From: Terriglobia bacterium
GTDB lineage: Bacteria; Acidobacteriota; Polarisedimenticolia; Polarisedimenticolales; JAIQFR01
Length of the DNA stretch: 64,000 bases
Direction: 5' to 3'
NCBI GenBank assembly: GCA_963748015.1
Contig: CAVVHE010000004.1
Coordinates: 64,001 to 128,000, forward strand
The notes beneath the pieces were generated by a model. It did not search any database and was not told where the DNA came from. It saw nothing but the letters and a program-made list of their open reading frames with translations. A program made the position numbers and the translations under genes. Numbering within the stretch: the stretch's first letter is position 1; every line of letters starts with the position of its first letter. Positions 22,408 through 32,728 of this stretch are shown piece by piece.

Positions 22408-23769
22408 TCACTGCGCCACGTCGAAGGTGGTCGCGTGCGTGTTGATCAGGACCGGCAAGGACTCCTCGCGGGGCACCTTCATGTACTCGGCGACGGAGGA
22501 GACCAGGCGGGAGTAGTACATCCGGGCGGTCACGGTGACCGCGCCCGGCGCCACGTCCTGCGGGAGCTTCCAGGTGTAGGTCTCCGCCACCGCCGCCAGC
22601 GGTGCGAGCCGGTAGTCGGTCGGGCCAAAGCTCGCCGTGTTCCACTGGGCGATGGTCATGCGCCCCTTCGAGTCGAGGTACGGGAGCCGGAAGATCCGGT
22701 CCCCGTCGGGCACCTCGCCGTCGCGCTGGAGTCCCTTGAAGTCCGCGATCCCCTTGATGTCGCCGATGTCCTGATAGGCGAAGGACGAGTCCGACGCGAT
22801 GGTGTACTCCTCGCCCGGGAACCCCTTCTTGTCCACGGCAAGGTGCCAGGTCTTGCCCTTCGAGTCCTTCGCCTCGACGTGGAGCCAGAGCACCCGCTCC
22901 TCGGCGGATCCGGTCGGGATCTTGTGGCCGGCCTTGGCGTTGACGACGACCGCGGACAACTTCACCGTGTCGCCGGGCTCGACGTCGCGGGACTCCGGGT
23001 GGATCCGAACCTCGGCGACGCCGGCGAGCTTCCCGGGATCGTGGGCGCCGTGGAAGAGGTGCTGCCTGGCATCGGGGAGCGGCGAGCCCATGATCGCGGA
23101 CCTGCCCGCGGCGGGCGGCATGTGGCAGTCCTGGCAGACGATGCCGGCCTTTCCGTGCGGCCCTTCCTTCCACTCGAGGTGCGTCGACTTGACCCACAGT
23201 CCCCACGGGTTCTTCTCGTTGTGGCACGTGCCGCAGAACTCCGCGCTCCGCAGGAACGGGTTCTCGCGGGTCTCGTGATGGGGGCTGACGGCGCCCTTTC
23301 GCGGGCCCTGCTTGACCTTCCCCGGCGAGCTGATCCAGTTGAAGTTGAACGGAACCTCCCCCTCGAATCCCGTGATCGTGTGGCAGACGTCGCACGACAC
23401 CGACTCGTTCGCGCGGCTCTTCTCCGCGACCCGCTTCGGCGGGATCTCCCCGGCGAGGAACGCCAGCGGCGCGTGGCAGCCGTTGCACCCTGCCTTGACG
23501 CCGGCGACCTTCGGCTCCTTCATCGCGTGCGGCACGGCTAGCTCGAAGTACTCGATCTCGTCCCAGGGATGGGTGAACGCCTGGGACATCATCGCCTGCT
23601 CGTGCTGTCGCGCGATGTCCACGTGGCAGGTGGCGCACGCGGCCGGGCTTTCGTACTTCTCGTACGGCTGCGTGCCCAGCGCGGCGTCGCCGGCCTTCGG
23701 CGGGGTCGCTTCCGCGAGCGCGAGCGAGGCGACGAACGGGAGCGCGAGCGCCAGGATGCGACGCGACAT
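22408..23769 (-). CDS. Pentaheme c-type cytochrome (c554-like) with C-terminal beta domain
   Basis: Signal peptide; CATCH, CNGCH, CDVCH, CGTCH, CQDCH; GHKIPTG. Confidence 0.9.
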   Translation of the reverse strand: MSRRILALALPFVASLALAEATPPKAGDAALGTQPYEKYESPAACATCHVDIARQHEQAMMSQAFTHPWDEIEYFELAVPHAMKEPKVAGVKAGCNGCHAPLAFLAGEIPPKRVAEKSRANESVSCDVCHTITGFEGEVPFNFNWISSPGKVKQGPRKGAVSPHHETRENPFLRSAEFCGTCHNEKNPWGLWVKSTHLEWKEGPHGKAGIVCQDCHMPPAAGRSAIMGSPLPDARQHLFHGAHDPGKLAGVAEVRIHPESRDVEPGDTVKLSAVVVNAKAGHKIPTGSAEERVLWLHVEAKDSKGKTWHLAVDKKGFPGEEYTIASDSSFAYQDIGDIKGIADFKGLQRDGEVPDGDRIFRLPYLDSKGRMTIAQWNTASFGPTDYRLAPLAAVAETYTWKLPQDVAPGAVTVTARMYYSRLVSSVAEYMKVPREESLPVLINTHATTFDVAQ

Positions 23770-23986
23770 GGTTCTCCTCCTGATCGACGGCAGCGAATGG
23801 GAAAAAGCGTATCACGGAAGGGCGCGATCCGAGCCGGATGGTCACGGGGGCGTCGCGGGCTCCGAAGCGTAACGCATCGTCTGCGGAAACCGCCCAGCGA
23901 CGCGCCCCTGCCCGGAAGTCTAGCAGAGCAAGATCGGAGAAATCGGACCGCATAGGTCCGGTGGCGATTCGACCCCTTGCGGTTCG

Positions 23987-25411
23987 CTACTGCGAGGAGG
24001 TCTCCGACCGGGCGCGGCGCGCGATCGCCTCGAGGGCGGCATCGGCGATGCGGGGCGCCTCGTCCACGCAGGCGTTCACCGAGATCCCGCGGTAGGAGTT
24101 GCCGCAGGCGAGGAGTCCGGGGTGCGCTTCGAGACGGCGCGCGATCGTCTCGAGGCGCTCCATGTGCCCCAGCGTGTACTGCGGGATGCCGCGGGGCTGC
24201 CGGAAGATCCGCACGAAGCGGGGCTCGGCCTCGATGCCCATCGCCGCGCGAAGATCGTTCCGCACGATCTCGACGAGGAGCTCGTCGTCGAGGCGCACCG
24301 CGTCGGGGTCGTGCGCCCCGCCGATCATGGACGTGACGAGCACCTTGCCGCCCGGGGCGCGCCCCGGGAAAATGCTCGACGACCACAGCGTTCCGAGGAT
24401 GCGGGGGCCCTCGCCGCGCGGGATCAGGAATCCGAAGCCGTGCGGGCGCTTCGCCAGGTCGCTTTCGTCGAAGCCGAGGTGAACGACCGCGAGCGACGCC
24501 GACGGGATGCCGGCCAGAGCGCCGGAGAGCTCCACGTCGAGCCCCGACACGATCTCCGAGGCGAACCAGGCGGGACAAGCCAGCACCACCGCGTCGGCGT
24601 CGATCGGCTCGCTCTCGGCGACGAACACCCTGTAGCCCCGGGGGCCGGCCTCCGCGACGCGAACGGCCTTCGACCGCAGGCGAAGCGCCGGCCCCGCCGC
24701 GCGCGCGAGCGCCGTGATCAGCTCTTCAAGCCCGTCGCGGAAGGAGGTCAGCGTTCCCCCCGGCCCCGACGGGCCGCCGGACTTCGCCGCGGCGCCCTTC
24801 TGCTTCTTCCGGGCCAGCATCGCGCGGACGAGACCGCCGTGTTCCGTCTCCATGCGCCACATCTTCGGGAAGGTCGCGGGGAGCGAGAGGGAGCGGACGT
24901 CGCCGGCGTAGATTCCGCTGACCATCGCGTCCACGAGAACCCGCGCGGCCTCGTCCCCGATGCGCCGCGCCACGAAGTCGAACACCGACTCCTCGGACGG
25001 GTCGCGCCGCTGGCCCACGAACGGCTCGCCGAGGACGCGGATCCTGCCGGGCACCGAGAGGATGTCGGACGTCAGGAACGACACCGCGCCCGAGGGGAGC
25101 TTGCGCAGCCGGCCGCCGCGGTAGATGAACCGGATCGCCGCGGACTGGTCCGAGGGAAGCAGGCGGTCCTCGATGCCGAGACGGCGCACGAGCTCGAGCG
25201 TCGCGGGGACGTTGTCGAGGAAGCCGTTCGGCCCCCACTCGCAGGTGAAGCCGTCGACGCGATCCGACCGGATGTTGCCGCCGGGGCGGCTCTCCCCCTC
25301 GAGGCAGACGACCTCGATCCCGCCCGGCACGCGGCGGCTTCGCTCCTCGAGCTCGAAAGCGACGGTCAGTCCCGCGACCCCGCCGCCGACGACCGCCACC
25401 GTGTAAGGCAT
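23987..25411 (-). CDS. hemY: FAD-dependent proto/coproporphyrinogen oxidase (HemY family)
   Basis: [49 protein letters not shown]. Confidence 0.92.
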   Translation of the reverse strand: MPYTVAVVGGGVAGLTVAFELEERSRRVPGGIEVVCLEGESRPGGNIRSDRVDGFTCEWGPNGFLDNVPATLELVRRLGIEDRLLPSDQSAAIRFIYRGGRLRKLPSGAVSFLTSDILSVPGRIRVLGEPFVGQRRDPSEESVFDFVARRIGDEAARVLVDAMVSGIYAGDVRSLSLPATFPKMWRMETEHGGLVRAMLARKKQKGAAAKSGGPSGPGGTLTSFRDGLEELITALARAAGPALRLRSKAVRVAEAGPRGYRVFVAESEPIDADAVVLACPAWFASEIVSGLDVELSGALAGIPSASLAVVHLGFDESDLAKRPHGFGFLIPRGEGPRILGTLWSSSIFPGRAPGGKVLVTSMIGGAHDPDAVRLDDELLVEIVRNDLRAAMGIEAEPRFVRIFRQPRGIPQYTLGHMERLETIARRLEAHPGLLACGNSYRGISVNACVDEAPRIADAALEAIARRARSETSSQ

Positions 25412-25542
25412 TCCGTCTCCTCGCGTGGGGAAGCAGGATATCGGGAGGCCGGGGTGGGCCGCAACGGAAAGCCGCAGCGCGTGACGCGGCTCCACGACCG
25501 GTGCTAACCTCGCCCGAGGTTTCTCGAAAGAAGGTGGCGAGG

Positions 25543-26502
25543 ATGAAACGGCGATTCAGGGACCTTTCGTCCGGAGAAGTGCTCGCGCTCGCGATCTCGC
25601 TGGAGGAAGAGGACGCCCGGATATTCCAGGAGTTCGCGCGGGTCCTCCGCCCGAACTTTCCGAAGGCGGCGGCCGCGCTCGACACGTTGCGGGAAGAGGA
25701 GGACGCCCACCGGCACCGCCTGATCGAGCTGTACCGCAGCCGGTTCGGCGAGGAGATCCCGCTGGTGCGCGCGCAGGACGTGAAGGGGTTCATCCGGCGC
25801 GACCCGATCGCGACGCTCAGGGAGCCGGGGGTCGAGGAGATCCGCCGCCGCGTGGCCCTGATGGAGCTCGAGACCGCGCGGTTCTACGCCAGGGCGGCCG
25901 AGCAGTCGAAGGACGCCGAGATGCGCCAGCTCCTCGGCGACCTCGCCGCGGAGGAGCGGCGGCACGAGGCGGAGTCGGCGGATTTCCACCCGAGCCGGCG
26001 CAGCAAGTCCGAGAGCGAGGAGGAGACGCGAACGTCGCGTCAGTTGTTCGTCCTCCAGGTCGTCCAGCCTGGACTGGCGGGGCTCATGGACGGGTCGGTT
26101 TCGACCCTGGCACCGCTGTTCGCCGCCGCCTTCGCGACCCAGAAGAGCTGGGACGCGTTTCTCGTCGGGATGGCCGCTGCGGTGGGCGCCGGGATCAGCA
26201 TGGGGTTCGCCGAGGCCCTCTCGGACGACGGCTCGCTGACCGGGCGCGGACGCCCATGGATGCGCGGGCTCATCTGCGGCCTGATGACATTCGTCGGCGG
26301 CCTCGGGCACGCCCTCCCGTACCTGATTCCCGCCTTCTGGCTGGCGACGACCATCGCATCCGCGATCGTCGTCGTCGAGCTGTTCGCGATCGCCTGGATC
26401 CGCAACCGCTACATGGACACGCCCTTCCTCCAGGCCGCCTTCCAGGTCGTCGTCGGCGGAGTCCTCGTCTTCGTCGCCGGCATGCTTATCGGATCGGCGT
26501 AA
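25543..26502 (+). CDS. mbfA: Iron exporter MbfA (ferritin-like + VIT1/CCC1)
   Basis: [50 protein letters not shown]. Confidence 0.92.
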   Translation: MKRRFRDLSSGEVLALAISLEEEDARIFQEFARVLRPNFPKAAAALDTLREEEDAHRHRLIELYRSRFGEEIPLVRAQDVKGFIRRDPIATLREPGVEEIRRRVALMELETARFYARAAEQSKDAEMRQLLGDLAAEERRHEAESADFHPSRRSKSESEEETRTSRQLFVLQVVQPGLAGLMDGSVSTLAPLFAAAFATQKSWDAFLVGMAAAVGAGISMGFAEALSDDGSLTGRGRPWMRGLICGLMTFVGGLGHALPYLIPAFWLATTIASAIVVVELFAIAWIRNRYMDTPFLQAAFQVVVGGVLVFVAGMLIGSA

Positions 26503-26543
26503 CGCCCCGCTGCGATTCCGAATCGCGATGCTGGCCCTACCAC

Positions 26544-26735
26544 CGCGACTCTCGCCGGTCGGGACCTGCGCGGCGACGATGCCCGAGGCGACGGGGACCC
26601 CTGCACGGCCGCGCGAAGGGTCGAGCGCGATGGCGCTAGGGTCTGCGCCATCGCGTTTGCTCGACCCTTTGCGCGGCCGATGCGGGTCGTCGCCGAGGGA
26701 GGTCGCCGCGCAGGTCCCGACCGGCGAGAGTCGCG
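26544..26735 (+). repeat. Rod-like palindromic element family A, copy 1 (candidate structured RNA or REPIN-like element)
   Basis: Perfect 34-bp IR 26544-26577/26702-26735 enclosing a nested hairpin core shared with 32729-32917. Confidence 0.85.
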
Positions 26736-26777
26736 TCCCCGCAAGAACCACACGCGGTTCGCGCCGTCGGCCGGAAC

Positions 26778-28178
26778 TCAGACGGTGCGCGAGAAGACGG
26801 GCTTGTCGGACTTCTTCGTGCGGAGGTAGCGGTCGAAGGCCATGGCGATGTTGCGGACGAAGAGGCGGCCGAGGCCCACGACCTCGAGGTGGTCGGGGTG
26901 GATCTCGAGGAAGCCGTGGCTGACCGGGCCGTCGGGGGCGGCGAGCTCGGCGAGCTCGGTCGCGAAGTAGGTCGCGAAGTCGATCCCGAACGAGCGCTCG
27001 ACCTCGGCGCGGTCGAGGTAGAAGTTGCACATGATCCGGGTGATCACGTCGCGGCGGATCAGGTCGTCGCGGTCGAGACGGTAGCCGCGCTCGACCGGGA
27101 ACTTGCCCGCGTCGATGGCCTCGTAGTACGTCGAGAGCTTCTTCACGTTCTGGGCGAAGGCGCCGCGGACGTCTCCGATCGACGACACGCCGGCGCCGAT
27201 CATGTCGCTCCCCATCCTGACGGTGTAGCCCATGAAGTTCCGGAAGAGGCGCCGGTTTCTCACCGCCGTTGCCAGCTCGTCGTCGGGAAGGGCGAAGTGG
27301 TCCATGCCGATCTGGACGTATCCCGCCGACAGGAAGCGCTCCCTCGCGATGCAGAACAGGCGGAGCTTGGCCTCGGGGCCGGGGAGCTGCGAGACGTCGA
27401 TCAGCTTCTGGTTCGCCTTGATCCACGGGACGTACGCGTAGGAGTAGACGGCGACCCGGTCCGGCCGCATCCCGAGGATCACGTCCATGTTCCGGTCGAA
27501 CGCCTCCGGGGTCTGGAGGGGGAGGCCGTAGATCAGGTCGATGTTGATCGAGTGGAAACCGAGCTTGCGGCAGTAGTCGTAGTGGTCTCGGGTCTCCCGC
27601 TCGGTCTGGTTCCGGTTGATCGCCTCCTGCACCGCCGGGGTGAAGTCCTGGACCCCCATCGAGATCCGGTTGAACCCCAGCGTCTTGAGGAGGTCCATCT
27701 GCTCGTGGGTCGAGACGCGCGGGTCGGTCTCGATCGCGACCTCCGCGTCGGGATCGATGCGGAAGTGGTCGACCACCTTCCGCTGCAGCGCTTCCATCTC
27801 GGCCGGGCTGAGGTAGGTCGGCGTGCCGCCGCCCCAGTGGTACTGGGAGAGGCGGCGCCGCGCCGGGAGGTGCGCGGCGACCGCGTCGAGCTCGCGGTGG
27901 AGATACTCGAGGTAGCGCGCGGCGACCTCGTGCTTGCGCGTGATCACCACGTTGCAGCCGCAGAACGAGCAGCGCTCCTCGCAGAAGGGGAGATGGAGGT
28001 AGAGCGAGAGCGGCTCGTCCGCTGCGGCGTTCGCGGCGGCGAGGCTGGCGCGGTAGTCGGTTTCGCCGTAGCTCTCGTTGAACTCCACCGCGGTCGGGTA
28101 CGACGTGTATCTCGGGCCGGGGCGGTCGTACTTCTTCAGCAGCTCGAGGGTGACCTCGGCTCGCGCTTCCCCGCTCAT
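26778..28178 (-). CDS. hemN: Oxygen-independent coproporphyrinogen III oxidase
   Basis: GPRYTSYPTA, YLHLPFCEERCSFCGC, HWGGGTPT, IGMDHFA, RNFMGY. Confidence 0.96.
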   Translation of the reverse strand: MSGEARAEVTLELLKKYDRPGPRYTSYPTAVEFNESYGETDYRASLAAANAAADEPLSLYLHLPFCEERCSFCGCNVVITRKHEVAARYLEYLHRELDAVAAHLPARRRLSQYHWGGGTPTYLSPAEMEALQRKVVDHFRIDPDAEVAIETDPRVSTHEQMDLLKTLGFNRISMGVQDFTPAVQEAINRNQTERETRDHYDYCRKLGFHSINIDLIYGLPLQTPEAFDRNMDVILGMRPDRVAVYSYAYVPWIKANQKLIDVSQLPGPEAKLRLFCIARERFLSAGYVQIGMDHFALPDDELATAVRNRRLFRNFMGYTVRMGSDMIGAGVSSIGDVRGAFAQNVKKLSTYYEAIDAGKFPVERGYRLDRDDLIRRDVITRIMCNFYLDRAEVERSFGIDFATYFATELAELAAPDGPVSHGFLEIHPDHLEVVGLGRLFVRNIAMAFDRYLRTKKSDKPVFSRTV

Positions 28179-29209
28179 CGCTTCCGCTCGGGCACCGCGG
28201 CGCCGCGGACCGCCTCGACGAGGGCCCGGGCGTGCTCGACCGGGGTCTCCGGCAGGATCCCGTGGCCGAGGTTGAACACGTGCCCGGGAGCGTGCGCACC
28301 CTCGGCGACGATCCGCCGCGCGCGCTCCGCGATCGTCGCGGGAGACGCAAGGAGCACGCAGGGGTCGAGGTTCCCCTGGAGCGCGAAAGCGGGGCCCAGG
28401 CGCCGCGCCCCCTCGGCGAGGGGGGTGCGCCAGTCGAGGCCGAGCACGTCGGCGCCGCACTCGCGGATCTCGTCGAGCAGGTGGCCCGCATCGAGGGCGA
28501 AGTAGATGCGCGGGACGCCGCAGTCCTTCAGGGAATCGAGGACGCGCCTCGCGTATCGCAGCGCGAACTCGCGGTAGTCGGCCGGTCCGAGGAGCCCCGC
28601 CCAGGTGTCGAAGACCTGGATCGCCTGGGCCCCGGCCCGCACCTGGGCCGCCAGATAGCTCTCCAGCGTGGCCGTGCATTTCTCGAGCAGGCGATGCGCG
28701 GTGGCCGGGTCGCCGTAGATCATTCGCTTGAGGTGCTCGAAGTTCTTCGACCCTCGCCCTTCGACCAGGTACGCCGCGAGGGTGAAGGGGGCGGCGCCGA
28801 AGCCGATGAGCGGTACGCGGCCGTCGAGCTCGCGCCTCAGGATCCGGATCGTCTCGAAGACGAACGGGACCGTCTCCTCGGGATCGGGTACCCGGATGCG
28901 GTCCACGTCGGCCGAGCTGCGCACCGGCGGGTCGAGAACCGGGCCGGGGTTGAACGTGATCGAGACCCCCATCGGCTCCGCCGGCACCAGGATGTCGGAG
29001 AAGAGGATCGCCGCGTCCACGCCGAGGCGGTCGATCGGCTGGATCGTGACCTCGGCGGCCAGCTCCGGGGTCTTGCAGAGGGTGACGAAATCGGTGCGGC
29101 CGCGGATCGCCCGGTACTCGGGCAGGTACCGTCCCGCCTGCCGCATCATCCAGATCGGCGTCCGCTCCACCGGCTGCCGGCGGCAGGCCCTGAGGAAGAG
29201 ATCGTTCAC
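28175..29209 (-). CDS. hemE: Uroporphyrinogen decarboxylase
   Basis: PIWMMRQAGRYLPEY, AILFSDIL, QGNLDP, FNLGHGI; GTG start. Confidence 0.96.
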   Translation of the reverse strand: MNDLFLRACRRQPVERTPIWMMRQAGRYLPEYRAIRGRTDFVTLCKTPELAAEVTIQPIDRLGVDAAILFSDILVPAEPMGVSITFNPGPVLDPPVRSSADVDRIRVPDPEETVPFVFETIRILRRELDGRVPLIGFGAAPFTLAAYLVEGRGSKNFEHLKRMIYGDPATAHRLLEKCTATLESYLAAQVRAGAQAIQVFDTWAGLLGPADYREFALRYARRVLDSLKDCGVPRIYFALDAGHLLDEIRECGADVLGLDWRTPLAEGARRLGPAFALQGNLDPCVLLASPATIAERARRIVAEGAHAPGHVFNLGHGILPETPVEHARALVEAVRGAAVPERKR

Positions 29210-29324
29210 CGCGCGCGCTCCTCTCGCCTGAGGCCTCGCCGCTCGTTCCGCCGCGGGATTCGGACGATTCGGCCCCTTTGCGGGGACAACGCTAGCGGAC
29301 GGGGGGCCGGACCGCAACCGGCGG

Positions 29325-30110
29325 CTACATCTGGCCGCGGATCATGCCGCCATCCACGGGCAGGTACGTGCCCGTGACCGCCGCGGCCTGCGCCGAGCAC
29401 AAGTAGGCGATCGCGGCCGCCACCTCGTCCGGCTCGACGAGGCGTCCGATCGGGACCTGCTCGCCGAGGGACTTCGCGAGGTCGTCGTCGGCGGCGGCGG
29501 GATGCCGGAAGCGTCCGAGCTCGAGGATCCGGTCGGTGCGGGAGGGTCCCGGCCCGACGACGTTCACGGTGATCCCGGAGGTGGCCAGCTCGGCGGCCAG
29601 CCCCTTGACGAGCCCGGCGGCGGCGGGCCGGAGCGCGTTGGACAGAAGCAGGGACTCGACCGGCTGCCGGATGCTCACGCTCTGGATCGAGACGATCCTC
29701 CCCCAGCAGGCCTCTCGCATCGCCGGCAGCACGGCCGAGACGAGGTGGTGGAAGGGGCCCACGACGCGCGCGAACGCCTCCGTCCACTCCTCCCAGGGAA
29801 GATCGCCGAACCTCCCTGGGCGCGGGCCGCCGGAGTTGGCGACGAGGATCTCCACCGCGCCGAGACGCGATGCGACCTCGCTCACGAGGCGCTTCGCCTG
29901 CTCGCGGTCGGTGACGTCGGAGGGAAGCGCCAACACCTCGGCGCCGGTCGCGGCGCAGATCTCCTCGGCCGCGGCCTTCAGCCGATCCGGGCGGCGGGCG
30001 GCGATGGCCAGGGCCACGCCCTCGCCGGCGAGGGCTCTCGCCGCCGCGAGGCCGAGGCCTTCGCTCGCACCGGTGACCAGCGCCACCTTCCCGCGGATCC
30101 CGAGGTCCAC
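29325..30110 (-). CDS. SDR family oxidoreductase
   Basis: TGASEGLG, NSGGP, VDGG; LSNALR in place of YxxxK. Confidence 0.88.
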   Translation of the reverse strand: MDLGIRGKVALVTGASEGLGLAAARALAGEGVALAIAARRPDRLKAAAEEICAATGAEVLALPSDVTDREQAKRLVSEVASRLGAVEILVANSGGPRPGRFGDLPWEEWTEAFARVVGPFHHLVSAVLPAMREACWGRIVSIQSVSIRQPVESLLLSNALRPAAAGLVKGLAAELATSGITVNVVGPGPSRTDRILELGRFRHPAAADDDLAKSLGEQVPIGRLVEPDEVAAAIAYLCSAQAAAVTGTYLPVDGGMIRGQM

Positions 30111-30113
30111 GTC

Positions 30114-31277
30114 CTACTCCGACAGGATCATCTTGCCGATCGTCTGGAGCTGCATGAACGAGGTGCCCTCGTAGATCTTCCCGATCTTCGCATCGCGGTA
30201 GAACTTCTCCACGGGGTACTCGACCGTGTAGCCGTACCCGCCGAAGATCTCCACCGCGGCCGAGGTCACCCGTTCCGCGGCGTCGCTCGAGTAGAGCTTC
30301 GCCATCGCGGCTTCCTTGACGAACGGGCGCCCGTTCTCCTTCAGGCGAGCGGCGTTGTAGACGAGCAGGCGGGCCGCCTCGAGGCGCGTCGCCGAGTCCG
30401 CGAGCTGGAACTGGATCCCCTGGAAGTCGCCGATCTTCTTCCCGAATTGCTCCCGCTCGGTCGCGTACCTGGCCGCCGCCTCGAGAGCGCCGCGGGAGAG
30501 GCCGACCATCTGGGCGCCGATCCCGATCCGCCCCTCGTTCAGGGTCTCGATGGCGATCTTGTATCCCTTCCCGACCTCGCCGACGACACGATCGGCGGGG
30601 AGCGTGCAGTTGTCGAGGAGCAGCTCGCAGGTGCTCGAGGCGCGGATCCCGAGCTTGTGCTCGCGCTTGCCCACCGTGAATCCGGGGTCGTCCCGCTTCA
30701 CCACGAAGGCGGTGATGCCCTTGTAACCCTTCGCGGGATCCACGGTCGCGAAAACGAGGTACTGGCCGGCCTCGGCGGCGCTGGTGATCCAGAGCTTCCG
30801 GCCGTTCAGCACCCAGCCGCCGTTCTTCTCCTCCGCGCGCGTCTTGAGGGCGAACGCGTCGGAGCCCGAGCCGGCCTCGGAGAGGGCGTAGGCGCAGACG
30901 GTGTCGGCGGCCGCCCTGCCGAGGTACTCCTTCTTCTGGGCTTCGTTCGCCCACCGCAGGATGGCGTTGATGAACAGCGTGTTCTGCACGTCCACGAGGA
31001 CGCCGACGGCCGCGTCCACTCGCGAGACCTCCTCGACGGCCAGGATGGACTGGAAGAACGTCCCGCCCGACCCGCCGTAGGCCTCGGGAATCTCGATCCC
31101 CATCAGGCCCATCTCGAACAGCTTCGGGATGAGGTCCTCGTCGTACCGGGCCGCCTCGTCCATCTTCTGGACGCGCGGCCGGATCTCGGCCTCCGCGAAG
31201 TCGCGCACGGCATCGCGGAACATCTCCTCTTCCTCGACGAGCTGGGTCAACGCGGGACGGACGCCGTCTGCGGACAT
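30114..31277 (-). CDS. Acyl-CoA dehydrogenase (short/branched-chain type)
   Basis: ALSEAGSGSDA, KLGIRASSTCE, EGRIGIG, REQFGK, IYEGTS. Confidence 0.95.
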   Translation of the reverse strand: MSADGVRPALTQLVEEEEMFRDAVRDFAEAEIRPRVQKMDEAARYDEDLIPKLFEMGLMGIEIPEAYGGSGGTFFQSILAVEEVSRVDAAVGVLVDVQNTLFINAILRWANEAQKKEYLGRAAADTVCAYALSEAGSGSDAFALKTRAEEKNGGWVLNGRKLWITSAAEAGQYLVFATVDPAKGYKGITAFVVKRDDPGFTVGKREHKLGIRASSTCELLLDNCTLPADRVVGEVGKGYKIAIETLNEGRIGIGAQMVGLSRGALEAAARYATEREQFGKKIGDFQGIQFQLADSATRLEAARLLVYNAARLKENGRPFVKEAAMAKLYSSDAAERVTSAAVEIFGGYGYTVEYPVEKFYRDAKIGKIYEGTSFMQLQTIGKMILSE

Positions 31278-31412
31278 ATCACCTCCAGGACGCTCGTGGC
31301 GTTCCTCGACGGAAACCCCGCAATTATGCCGCGTCGGCTCCTCGTCGCCAAGACCCCGGATCCCCGGAGCGTTCGCGGGGCGCGTCGGGCCTCGCGCGGA
31401 GCAAGGATGGCC

Positions 31413-32666
31413 TCAGCCACTTGCCGTTCCCCCGAGGAGGAGCGTTTCCTCGCCGTAGATCTCCGGCGGGAACAGCAGCGGGATCAGGTCGCGCAGGAAC
31501 TGGCGCCGCTTGTAGGCCGCGTGGCTGGCGAAATGCTCGTCGTGGAGCGTCGCCAGGTAGGCCTCGACCGTGTAGATCTGCACCTCGACGGGGTAGAGGT
31601 AGGGGGACTCGTCCGCCCGGTCCTCGACCAGCACGTCCACGATGGACTTCAGGACCTCGAAGCCGCTCCCCGTGGCGGAACCGAGCCGCGCGCGGTCCCG
31701 CTGCCCCGACAGCGTGTCCACGCGGTCGCGCCAGCGAAGCGGTCCCCCGAGAACCGACAGGAGCCTTCGCTCGAGCGCGTAGGCTTGCCGCCGGTCGCGG
31801 ACGATGAACATGGCTCCGAGCATGTCCTCCACGGCCGAGGGGTGCGGGATCCCGCGGCGGATCATCTTGCTCAAGATCGAGCCGTTGCGCCCGCCAAGAC
31901 CCGGCCACCGCGGCTCCTCGGTCAGCGCCAGCAGGCCGTCCTCGCCGACCGCCGGCGGCGCCGGGTTCGTCTCCCTCTTGAAGCGCGAGCGATAGTGGAA
32001 GACGTCGATCGAGCTTTCTCCCTCCGACGGCCGGATCCTCCGCAGGTGGAAGCCGAAGCAGCGCGTGCCCGGGGTGGGGGAGACGCCGACCTCGAACACG
32101 TCGGCTCCCTCGCGGACCCGAACGAGGCGGCAGCAGATCTCGACCTCGCCCCCTTCCTCCATGCCGCTCCAGAGCCCCTCCGACAGGACGTGCTCGAATC
32201 GCTGCTGGTGGTAGGGGCCGTCGCGCACCGAGCGGCAGTGCTCGATGTCGAAGAGGAGCTTGGCCAGGTAGAGCTTGCGCTGCGCCTCGTAGCGCGTCCG
32301 CGGGTCGGCCCCCTCGAACGCGGCCCGGAACAGCTGCGGCATGTCGTTCAGGTGGCGCGTCCGCGCCTGGGGCTCGAGATGCCGCTCCAGCGAGTCGGGG
32401 ACGAGCCGGAGCAGGTCGTCGAGGTACCTGTCGGCGTCCCGGTAGATCGGCTCGAGCGGGAGCGGGGCCGTGGACGCGCTCCCCGCCGGGCGCGAGTACG
32501 AGGAGACCATTCTCGCCGCCGCGTCCGGCTCTTGCAGGAGCTTCCGCCAGACGGCGACCCACACGCGCGCGATCCCCGGCGCGTGGCTCGGCAGGCGCGG
32601 ATCCAGCAGCGGGTGGGCGCGGTACGCCGCGGGAAACTCGCGGGACCGGGCCGCCGCCTCGACCAT
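31413..32666 (-). CDS. TIGR04552-like protein, RelA/SpoT-related nucleotidyltransferase fold
   Basis: SILSKMIRR, EDMLG, VEVQIYT, ASHAAYKRRQ; start uncertain (32666 or 32717). Confidence 0.6.
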   Translation of the reverse strand: MVEAAARSREFPAAYRAHPLLDPRLPSHAPGIARVWVAVWRKLLQEPDAAARMVSSYSRPAGSASTAPLPLEPIYRDADRYLDDLLRLVPDSLERHLEPQARTRHLNDMPQLFRAAFEGADPRTRYEAQRKLYLAKLLFDIEHCRSVRDGPYHQQRFEHVLSEGLWSGMEEGGEVEICCRLVRVREGADVFEVGVSPTPGTRCFGFHLRRIRPSEGESSIDVFHYRSRFKRETNPAPPAVGEDGLLALTEEPRWPGLGGRNGSILSKMIRRGIPHPSAVEDMLGAMFIVRDRRQAYALERRLLSVLGGPLRWRDRVDTLSGQRDRARLGSATGSGFEVLKSIVDVLVEDRADESPYLYPVEVQIYTVEAYLATLHDEHFASHAAYKRRQFLRDLIPLLFPPEIYGEETLLLGGTASG

Positions 32667-32728
32667 CGCGCGCCCTCCGTTCTCCCGACGGTACCGCCCC
32701 CGCCTTTCCCGAGTCAACCCGTCGCCGT

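Noticed and set aside
23770..23986. Riboswitch upstream of the cytochrome operon
   Set aside because: Only short hairpins; no aptamer consensus I can recognise.
26497..26763. Family A element as an integron attC site (GCGTAAC at the mbfA stop, GTTCGCG downstream)
   Set aside because: Span is far longer than typical attC, core boxes are imperfect, and there is no integrase or cassette array.
26528..26923. Short ORFs over the palindromes (also 32753..32974, 63578..63874) that share peptide similarity
   Set aside because: Similarity comes from the DNA repeat; substitutions preserve base pairing rather than codons.
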